Source: Bacteroidota bacterium (GTDB taxonomy: Bacteria; Bacteroidota; Ignavibacteria; OLB7). Taken from it: 64,000 nucleotides of DNA. Shown piece after piece: positions 1 through 7,269 of this stretch (its first letter is position 1; every line of letters starts with the position of its first letter). The stretch is taken from contig JAFDZV010000047.1 in the NCBI GenBank assembly GCA_018266795.1, forward strand, positions 54,759 to 118,758. Direction: 5' to 3'. The notes under the pieces are model-generated. The model was not told the DNA's origin. It did not search any database and was given only the letters and a program-made list of their open reading frames with translations. The position numbers and the translations under genes are program-made.

Positions 1-664
1 GGGGAACCGGGATGCCGTCCACCATGTAGGTGAACTCACCGTGCTGTCCTCGTACATGCACCTCGCCCGTTGGTGCGCGCACGGCTCCGGCAACGTTCTG
101 CTGCACGAGCTGGGTCATCCGGGCGGCAGGCGGCGCGTGATATGTTTCCCCTTCGAACACCTGATTGCCGTTGCGCAGATCGACCGTAGTGGCAACAGGC
201 ATCTTCGCTGCGGTCACCGTTACGCCGCTCTGGCTCACTTCATCCATGCCGACCGTTGTGCCTGAGTGGAGTGAATCGATCGTCACTGTGTCCGATGCGG
301 GAACATAGCCCACCAGCCTCAGTGTAATCACGTATCGGCCCGGCTTCACATCTCTGAAGAGCGCCCGCCCCAGGGTGTTCGTCGTGGTGTTCGCAATCGT
401 CTGCTCACCACGCCTCAGCGATACGCGGACCAGTTCCAGTGGCTGGTTGAGAGCCTTATCCACGACGGTAACAGTATAGTTCACGGCGTCGGGTGGAGCG
501 GCATCGGCCGGATGGTCCGGGGGTGTGGAAGCGGATGAGCGGCCGGGGGCGAGCACCAGAGCGCACAGCGCCGCAAGCGAGACGGCATATATCGCATGGA
601 AGCACGAACTCGTGCTCCCGGAAGTTCCATGAGAGAACATGTCGGGTCTGGAATTGGATTGCAT
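1..664 (-). CDS. TonB-dependent receptor, N-terminal part only (signal peptide, CarboxypepD_reg-like domain, start of plug). The gene continues beyond the window start.
   Basis: Minus-strand reading frame open from 742 down to position 1 and absent from the ORF track (incomplete at the window edge). ATG at 664..662 (alternative ATG 640..638). Translation MQSNSRPDMFSHGTSGSTSSCFHAIYAVSLAALCALVLAPG is signal-like, followed by NYTVTVVDKALNQPLELVRVSLRRGEQTIANTTTNTLGRALFRDVKPGRYVITLRLVGYVPASDTVTID (carboxypeptidase-regulatory-like domain typical of SusC/TonB receptors) and ...GEVHVRGQHGEFTYMVDGIPV (plug-like). Confidence 0.7.
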   Translation of the reverse strand, partial: MQSNSRPDMFSHGTSGSTSSCFHAIYAVSLAALCALVLAPGRSSASTPPDHPADAAPPDAVNYTVTVVDKALNQPLELVRVSLRRGEQTIANTTTNTLGRALFRDVKPGRYVITLRLVGYVPASDTVTIDSLHSGTTVGMDEVSQSGVTVTAAKMPVATTVDLRNGNQVFEGETYHAPPAARMTQLVQQNVAGAVRAPTGEVHVRGQHGEFTYMVDGIPVP

Positions 665-792
665 GCATGCCGGCGCTCCGGAGGCCGCAAGCGACACTGG
701 GCGCGGGCTGGTAACGACACGCGGCGGTGCACGGCTCCGCGATCAACGGCGGATGTGCTCCGAGTCAGGCGAGAATGATTGCGATGATGGTG

Positions 793-1176
793 TCAGACTA
801 CGGCCGGAGGGGCGCGAAGCGAGAGAACGGCGAGCGTTGGCGGGAGAACGTGATGCGACCTGAACCACGTTGGCGGATACGACCGGTAGACAGTTGTCCG
901 GAACGGAACGTTCAGCCCTTCGGAGCGGAGCACCACCGTGCTGTGGGCACAGAAGAAGCAGAACCCATCGCCCGGATTCACGGTCGCATGCCGACCGCAC
1001 TCCTTTCCGTGCGGTGCCGGCGTACCGATGCCGGCGGTTCGAAGAGTCCGGGCCGTCACCGATCCGCCGTGCGCATGCGAGGCGTCGTGCATCGCCCCCG
1101 CCATCGACATCAACAGATAGGCGATGAGCAGAACCGATGCAACGGTAGAACGGGCTATGGAATGCCGGAATGTCAC
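793..1176 (-). CDS. Small hypothetical membrane/secreted protein with His-rich and Cys-containing motifs, upstream of the TonB-dependent receptor; possibly a DUF2946-like metal-related protein
   Basis: 127-aa ORF with hydrophobic N-terminus (VASVLLIAYLLMSMAG), then MHDASHAHGG and CFFCAH motifs. It sits immediately upstream of the TonB receptor on the same strand. The C-terminal half is compositionally less convincing. Confidence 0.3.
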   Translation of the reverse strand: MTFRHSIARSTVASVLLIAYLLMSMAGAMHDASHAHGGSVTARTLRTAGIGTPAPHGKECGRHATVNPGDGFCFFCAHSTVVLRSEGLNVPFRTTVYRSYPPTWFRSHHVLPPTLAVLSLRAPPAVV

Positions 1177-1409
1177 GACGCGAACTTACGGACTATCGGA
1201 ATGCCGGCAAAGCTTTTTGCAAGCGAGTTGCATCTGGGCCCTGTCTGACAATTCTGGCTGACCGGGGCGCTCGTGCTCGGCTCGCCAATCAATCATCAGA
1301 CTGTCCGGGGGGGCGATCAACCTCCCTCTGCTGCCGGCAGCCGGGCGTCGCGAAGGCCGCCGATCGTGTGCATGCCCCGTCTGCCTGGCGGCAATGGTTG
1401 GGCCGTGCC

Positions 1410-3266
1410 TCACGCAACCGACAGGCTCTCCATCTCCGGCTCGAACATCCCGCCCAGATGCTGCGCGAGGAATTGCTCCGCGGTTGAATAGAAGCGCATC
1501 CGGTTCTCCGGCTTCGCGAACCCATGCCCCTCGTCCTCGAAGAGCATGTATTCGTGGGCGATCCCCTTGACGCGCATGGCCTCCACGATCTGTTCGGACT
1601 CCGACTGTTTCACGCGCGGATCGTTTGCGCCCTGCGCTATCAGGAGCGGAATCCGGATGTCGTCAACCTTGAAGAGCGGCGAACGGGCCTTCAGGAAGTC
1701 AGACTCCGTATCCGGATTTCCAACGCGATCGTGGAAGAGCTGGATGTTCGGCTTCCAGTAGGGAGGAATGGTTTCGATGAAGGTGATGAGATTGCTGGGC
1801 CCAACGATATCGACGGCACAGCAGAAGAGATCGGGGGTGAAGGCGGCGCCGACCAGCGCGGCATATCCGCCGTAGGAGCCGCCGTAGATTGCGATCCGTG
1901 TTGGATCGGCATAGCCATGATTTACCGCCCACTGCACGGCGTCGATAAGATCGTCGTGCATCTTCCCTCCCCACTCCTTGTTCCCGGCATTCAGGAACTG
2001 CTTCCCGTAGCCGGCGGAGCCGCGATAGTTCACCTGCAGGCAGATGTACCCGCGGTTGGCTAGCCATTGTGCCTCCGACTCGTATCCCCAGATGTCGCGC
2101 ACCCAGGGTCCGCCGTGAACCTTCAACACCATGGGAAGATTGCGGCGCTCCGCGCCGGGAGGGAAGGTGATGTAGCCATGCACCACGAGACCGTCGCGGG
2201 CAGTGATCGAGACAGGTTCCATGGAGGCCAGCCCGTAGTTCTTCAGTTCCGGGCGGGAGGTGAACAGCAGCGTTGCATTCCGCGTGTTCCGGTCGTAGGC
2301 ATAGAACACCACGGGGCAGTTGTCCGCCATGAAACGGGCGATCCACATCATGTCGCTGTCGTCGCTGCTGACAACGTTCAGGTCACCAGGATGCAGCGTC
2401 TGAAGGGTCTCGAGGTCTTCGCGCACGGACTCGTCCAACACCTCCCATGTCATCCGCTCGCGCGCAAATCCGACGTACTGTACAGCATACGTGTCCGGAT
2501 GCATCGTAAGCTCCGTTACGTCGTACTGCGGGTCCTCCGCGATCACATGAACCTCGCCGGTCGCGATCTCCATGGAGACCAGTCTGGCGGTGTTCGCATT
2601 CCGGGAGTCCAGCATGAGGAGGCTTCTGCCATCCTTCGTGAAGCTTACCGGCTGGCTTCCGGCTGCATCGTCCAGGTTCCATGCAAGCAGTTCCTCCCAC
2701 GGCCCATCCTCGGTCCATCGATGATACACGGTCAGCCCGCCATCGGCATTCGGTGTCACGCCGATGCGAATCTTGAACTCCGGATCGGCAAGCCAGCCGA
2801 TGAAGTTGCCGGGGTTGGATCCTACCAGGCGCAGTTCGCCGCTGGGAATATGAAGGTTGTACACATCGTGGACCTGCGGATCGTTCCTATTGATTGCAAG
2901 AAGCAGATTGTCCGGGAAGTGTTTGTTGTGCGCAACGATGCGCACCCGGACGTTCTCGAACGGGGTAAGATCACGCGTTGTGCCTGTGTCGATGTGGACT
3001 GCATAAAGGTGGTAGTTCTCGTCGCCGTCGCTGTCCTGGATATAGAGGATGTGCCGGTTGTCGGAGGACCAGCGGAACGATTGGATGCCGCGGTTGGTAT
3101 CGTTGGTGACCGGGCGATCGTCATCACCGTTGATCGTTCGTACCCACACGTTGAGCACACCGTCAACGGGAGCAATGTAACCGAGAAGGGTGCCGTCCGG
3201 TGAGACCTGCGGGTTGGTCCGTGTTGGATTGCCAAAGAGAATGCTGCGAGGAATCAATGCCGCCAT
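1410..3266 (-). CDS. S9 family serine peptidase (prolyl oligopeptidase / dipeptidyl-aminopeptidase / acylaminoacyl-peptidase type)
   Basis: 618-aa ORF with ATG start. The N-terminal beta-propeller region has repeated SPDG/WD40-like segments. The C-terminal alpha/beta-hydrolase domain carries the catalytic-Ser motif IYGGSYGGYAAL, plus downstream GANDPRV (Asp) and FEDEGHGF (His). Confidence 0.9.
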   Translation of the reverse strand: MAALIPRSILFGNPTRTNPQVSPDGTLLGYIAPVDGVLNVWVRTINGDDDRPVTNDTNRGIQSFRWSSDNRHILYIQDSDGDENYHLYAVHIDTGTTRDLTPFENVRVRIVAHNKHFPDNLLLAINRNDPQVHDVYNLHIPSGELRLVGSNPGNFIGWLADPEFKIRIGVTPNADGGLTVYHRWTEDGPWEELLAWNLDDAAGSQPVSFTKDGRSLLMLDSRNANTARLVSMEIATGEVHVIAEDPQYDVTELTMHPDTYAVQYVGFARERMTWEVLDESVREDLETLQTLHPGDLNVVSSDDSDMMWIARFMADNCPVVFYAYDRNTRNATLLFTSRPELKNYGLASMEPVSITARDGLVVHGYITFPPGAERRNLPMVLKVHGGPWVRDIWGYESEAQWLANRGYICLQVNYRGSAGYGKQFLNAGNKEWGGKMHDDLIDAVQWAVNHGYADPTRIAIYGGSYGGYAALVGAAFTPDLFCCAVDIVGPSNLITFIETIPPYWKPNIQLFHDRVGNPDTESDFLKARSPLFKVDDIRIPLLIAQGANDPRVKQSESEQIVEAMRVKGIAHEYMLFEDEGHGFAKPENRMRFYSTAEQFLAQHLGGMFEPEMESLSVA

Positions 3267-3840
3267 GACGCTGCTCGTAATTGAATGTCGTTGATCGGAT
3301 GCAGGTCGTCCGGGGTGAACTGATACCGAACTGCACCATGATAAAGCAACCGGTTACCGGTGTTGTCAGCATGGAGGACGCATGCTGGCGGATCTGTCTG
3401 CGAACGAGAACAGACAATACAATGGAACTGGTCTTACCGCGTTCCCGATTCGGCGAAGACGCGAGGGACGATGCGTCGCACGAATCGATATGGTTCATCG
3501 AGAATGGCCGGCGCCAGGGACTGATACCGTTGCCGCATATCGCAACGCGATACTGTACGGCGACAAACGGATCACGTGCGCAATCGGGCGTCTCGAAATC
3601 GCCCTGATCTTTACAGCCAGAACAAAGAGTCCGAGCAAGGAACGAAGCAGCGGGGGCACAGCCATCATAGCAGAAACGGCCGAGCAATGCGCCAATATGA
3701 CTCGCTCCCCATGAATTTCCTAGCGCTCTCCCCAGGCGTACCCTTTAGGGGGATGTTGCGCACAATCTGATAACCCATCGCCATTATCGGCGGCGTGACG
3801 GGACCGTGGAGCCGGTGGCGAAGGCCGTCTGGCCCGCAGC

Positions 3841-4287
3841 CTAATCGAAATAGCCGTGCATCAGACGGTCCATCCATTCCGGTACCGTCGGGTTTTCCAC
3901 CGCGTCGAAGGCCGGAACGTAGGGCTTGATATCGAGTACCGGGGTGCCGTCGATTGCGTCCAGACCGCGAACACGCAGCACGCCGGGAGCGATGCCGAGA
4001 ATGGGAACGGTTGTTATGCCGATAGGATTGGGGCGGTGTTTGGCGCGTTGAGCGAAGATGCCGGTGCGGGGCATGTCGTTGCGATCACGCGGCGCCCGCA
4101 GCAGATGCCGTGCAGGATCGAACGATGCATGGTGCATCAGGAAGACGATGACGGCATGCGAGAAGTCCGTGAGGCCGTGAAGGCCGGCGGCCAGATCGTC
4201 GTACAGATGAATCTCGGCAACGGCATTCCCCCATCCCTCATCGGTCTCCAGGGCAACCGGGGAATGCACGTAGCCGATCGTCTGCAT
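3841..4287 (-). CDS. trmO: tRNA (adenine37-N6)-methyltransferase TrmO/TsaA (YaeB family)
   Basis: Translation from internal ATG: MQTIGYVHSPV...GIFAQRAKHRPNPIGITTV...DGTPVLDIKPYVPAFD, matching TsaA/YaeB family hallmarks. The track ORF extends to 4335 via a TTG. The ATG at 4287 is preferred by the N-terminal pattern of the family; the start is uncertain by about 16 codons. Confidence 0.8.
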   Translation of the reverse strand: MQTIGYVHSPVALETDEGWGNAVAEIHLYDDLAAGLHGLTDFSHAVIVFLMHHASFDPARHLLRAPRDRNDMPRTGIFAQRAKHRPNPIGITTVPILGIAPGVLRVRGLDAIDGTPVLDIKPYVPAFDAVENPTVPEWMDRLMHGYFD

Positions 4288-4358
4288 CGGAAACACGTCG
4301 ACGGTGTGAGAGTTGTTCATCTCCGCAAATAACAACTCTCACAGCGATCATCGCACAG

Positions 4359-5225
4359 CTATGGAGTGGATTGCTCCACGTTCAACTTGGTTTGCACGGA
4401 CTTGGCCGGGAACACAATCGGATCGTGGGCGGGCTTCGTCTCCTCGGTCTGCGCCGGCTGGTTCTGGGCATTCGCGTTCGTCCGGCTTCCAGCGCCGTTC
4501 GGATCGTTGCCATGCTTCGTACCATCCGTCCGGAGCGAATGAGGTTGCTCCCGATTCGGATCCACGTTGCCGATTGCACCGTTCGGATGGGTCCGGTCCG
4601 TCGATGTCGGCGAGACGGCCGGCTTTGCCGAGGCGGTCCGTGCCGGCTGAGCGGCCGGTTGGCCCGCGGCCTCTCCTGTTCCGGTGCCGGCCGCCGGCCC
4701 TGCTGCAGCCGGCTTGTGCGCGCTGCGGTCTTCGGCACCTGCAACGCCGTCCAACGTCTGCGCAGCCGGGGCGGCTGCGTTCGGCTCCGGTGGCGTTGCG
4801 TTCGGTGCCGGTGCGTGCGCTGCATCGGCTGCAGGTGCAGGCGGGTCCGGGAGTACGTGCGGATCCGCAGCGTCGCGATTCCAGATGAGGAGGAGACCCA
4901 TCACGATGATGCCGGCGGCGACGAGGCCAATCATGCTTCTGACGAAGGTGTTTTCCAGAAGCGTGGCGAAAAGCGAAGCGCCGGTATGCTGTGCGGGTGT
5001 GGTGGCTGCAAGCGTTTCGAGCAGGGCGGAACGCCGCGCCGCGTGGCCGGCCGCCAACTGTCCCTTCTGCGCCTGCATCGCCGATCGGATCGCGCGCTCG
5101 GTCTCCACCATCGCATGCAGGCGTGGGTCCGCCTCGAGGCGGGCCACGAACGCCTGTTCCTCCCGCAGGGGCATGCGCCGGTCCAGATATCGATCGATCA
5201 ACAGATCGTCCCGGGATGGTTTCAT
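4359..5225 (-). CDS. Putative anti-sigma factor (single transmembrane segment, Pro/Ala-rich periplasmic tail)
   Basis: Overlaps the ECF sigma stop by 4 nt (ATGA coupling). The N-terminus MKPSRDDLLIDRYLDRRMPLREEQAFVARLEADPRLHAMVETER is typical of anti-sigma N-domains. TM helix MIGLVAAGIIVMGLLLIW. Low-complexity P/A/T-rich C-terminus. Confidence 0.6.
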   Translation of the reverse strand: MKPSRDDLLIDRYLDRRMPLREEQAFVARLEADPRLHAMVETERAIRSAMQAQKGQLAAGHAARRSALLETLAATTPAQHTGASLFATLLENTFVRSMIGLVAAGIIVMGLLLIWNRDAADPHVLPDPPAPAADAAHAPAPNATPPEPNAAAPAAQTLDGVAGAEDRSAHKPAAAGPAAGTGTGEAAGQPAAQPARTASAKPAVSPTSTDRTHPNGAIGNVDPNREQPHSLRTDGTKHGNDPNGAGSRTNANAQNQPAQTEETKPAHDPIVFPAKSVQTKLNVEQSTP

Positions 5226-5884
5226 TGCAACTTCTCCGATAGCCTTGAATCTCTGTTCGGCACCGGGGCATGTTGTGCCGTATGATGAAGCCCGACGAGC
5301 TCCACTACTTCCTTGCGCAGTTGCGCGCGCGCGCGTGAGGCGCGCATCCAGATCGTCTCCGGCCTCTTGCCGAGCATCGCGGCGATCTCCTCGAAGCGAT
5401 AGCCGCAGTAGGCGTTGAGCACCAGCACCTCGCGGTACTCGAACGAGAGGCGCGAGAGCCCCTCCTCGATCGCTTCCTCCAATTCGCTCCGCTGGGTCTG
5501 CACCGGATGCTCGGAATCCGGCAGGTCATCCAGCGCCATGGACCGGCGCTCGCGCTTCATGCTGTTCAGGCAGAGGTTGCGTGCGATGCGAAGGAAGAAC
5601 CCGCCGGGGTTGCGCACCTCCTGCGGCGCGGTGCGCAGCCTGATCACGCGCTCCCACAACTCCTGTGTGATGTCCGCAGCCTTTGCAGCGTCGCCGGTGA
5701 ACTTGTGGCAGTAGACGTACAGCCGTTGATTGTACCGGTCGAACAGGGCGGCAAATGCATCGTCATCGCCTGCAAGGAACAGGCGGAAGCATGCCGCATC
5801 ATCGTGTGTTGTTGTCGAAGAGAACACCGTTCGATCCCGTTGCGCAACGCTTGGGGTACAGGCGCACACGCATGCATCCTGCAC
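5222..5884 (-). CDS. ECF-type RNA polymerase sigma-70 family factor
   Basis: Region 2 (FAALFDRYNQRLYVYCHKFTGDAAKAADITQELWERV) and region 4 (SFEYREVLVLNAYCGYRFEEIAAMLGKRPETIWMRASRARAQLRK) are clearly ECF. The annotated start is a GTG; the true start may lie about 25 codons downstream at an in-frame GTG. No in-frame ATG precedes region 2. Confidence 0.85.
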   Translation of the reverse strand: MQDACVCACTPSVAQRDRTVFSSTTTHDDAACFRLFLAGDDDAFAALFDRYNQRLYVYCHKFTGDAAKAADITQELWERVIRLRTAPQEVRNPGGFFLRIARNLCLNSMKRERRSMALDDLPDSEHPVQTQRSELEEAIEEGLSRLSFEYREVLVLNAYCGYRFEEIAAMLGKRPETIWMRASRARAQLRKEVVELVGLHHTAQHAPVPNRDSRLSEKLQ

Positions 5885-5976
5885 CCATGATTCCCGCTCC
5901 CCTCACGCCGTGCACGCACCGCGGGGAAGGAGCGTTTGCCGGAAGCTCACATAGTATCAGGACAATTGTTGCAGCC

Positions 5977-6036
5977 TGAACCTAACACGCCGAAAAATAT
6001 TTCGGCAGTCGGGATGGCCGGTTAGGTTCAAACCGG
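5977..6036. promoter_or_regulatory. Composite palindrome in the divergent intergenic region between the ECF sigma gene and the PD40 lipoprotein gene
   Basis: 10-bp inverted arms tgaacctaac / gttaggttca flank a perfect hairpin gccgaaa-aata-tttcggc (5989..6006). This overlaps a second palindrome, ccggtt-aggttcaa-aaccgg. The arms contain GAACCT, resembling ECF -35 elements (GGAAC) on both strands. Confidence 0.4.
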
Positions 6037-6141
6037 TCGCATTGTCTTTCCGGTGATGCGCACAGTGAACAGTAGTTCACCGGAGCCAGGGGACCCAACG
6101 ATGCATCGGCCCGCGCGCAATCCCTCAACCATTCGTGGGTA

Positions 6142-7215
6142 ATGATGATGAAGCACATTCTGATTGCCGCGGCTGCCTGCATTCTGATACTGGCGGGATG
6201 CAAGGACCAGCTTCCAACCAACTACACTCCGACGCTCCAGAGCAACCCCAGGATCTACTACTCGCTCGGCGAGACTGCCGCGCAGATCGGTGGGTACCGT
6301 GTGGATCCGGCCGGAACAAACCGCACGCGCCTGGTTGGTGGCGCCCTCTTCTCCCCTCCGGCGCACGGGCTTATCGCATATGCCGGCTCCGATCATATCG
6401 GGATGGTTGCCAACCTCGACGGCAGCAATCCTCACAAGGTGATCGATGCCGCACAGAACCTTCAGCCGGTTCTCTCTCCCGATGGCACGCAGATCGCCTA
6501 CATGCCGTTGGGTGACTCGATCATCGTTGTCGACGTGGACGGTACGCATCCGCGCACGGTGGCCCACAATGTCACCACGGGCTGCATCCCGGCATTCTCT
6601 CCGGACGGATCGCGGCTGGCGTATATCAGCTCCAAGATCTGGCCGATGAAGCTTCACGTGGTGAGCGGAATCCGCGCGGGGCAGACGCTGCAGGACCGCG
6701 AGGTGGCGGACAACGCTGCCAATTCCGCCGTGTTCAAGGGTGAATTGAAAACGGCCTGGTCACCGGACGGGACCAAGCTTGCCTACAGCGGGGCGGGCAC
6801 CGGAACGGACAGCACCGATATCTTCGTGGTGAATGCGGATGGCACCGGGCGCGTGGACATGACGAACGGTCCCGGCTTCGACATCATGCCCGCGTGGTCG
6901 CCCGATGGCAAAAGCATGGCCTTCGTGAGAGTCGGCGGAGACTTCTTTGGCCATGTCTCCGCGGATATCTGGATCACGAAGGATGGTGGCCTTACGATGC
7001 AGAACGTCACGAACACTCCCGGATTCGATGTGATAGAGATCTGCCCCGAATGGTCGCCCGATGGCAAAAGCATCGCCTACGGAGTACTGGAGCCGTACGC
7101 TCCCTTCCAACAGGCAAACAACCGCCACTCGCTCAGTACGGTGGATCTTGCAACGCAAACCGTGCATACATTGGAGGCAAGCGGTGTGGACGGCTTCGTG
7201 TTCTGGACGCCGTAG
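6142..7215 (+). CDS. PD40/TolB-like beta-propeller repeat lipoprotein
   Basis: Signal peptide with lipobox (ILILAGC), followed by repeated SPDG(T/S)(Q/R/K)(I/L)AY blades (WD40-like/PD40 repeats), as in the TolB periplasmic domain. Confidence 0.8.
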   Translation: MMMKHILIAAAACILILAGCKDQLPTNYTPTLQSNPRIYYSLGETAAQIGGYRVDPAGTNRTRLVGGALFSPPAHGLIAYAGSDHIGMVANLDGSNPHKVIDAAQNLQPVLSPDGTQIAYMPLGDSIIVVDVDGTHPRTVAHNVTTGCIPAFSPDGSRLAYISSKIWPMKLHVVSGIRAGQTLQDREVADNAANSAVFKGELKTAWSPDGTKLAYSGAGTGTDSTDIFVVNADGTGRVDMTNGPGFDIMPAWSPDGKSMAFVRVGGDFFGHVSADIWITKDGGLTMQNVTNTPGFDVIEICPEWSPDGKSIAYGVLEPYAPFQQANNRHSLSTVDLATQTVHTLEASGVDGFVFWTP

Positions 7216-7269
7216 GCTCCAGCCCGGTACCTTCCTCTACAACATTGCGAGGAGTGCAGCACGAACGTG

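Noticed and set aside
3163-3687. 174-aa minus-strand ORF in the trmO-peptidase gap
   Set aside because: Arg/Cys-rich composition, no start context, overlaps the peptidase start region. Not protein-like.
6018-6036. ggttcaaaccgg resembling a tRNA T-arm
   Set aside because: No flanking acceptor, D or anticodon stems. The loop would be 11 nt. It is part of the palindromic intergenic element instead. No tRNA-like cloverleaf was found in any intergenic region.
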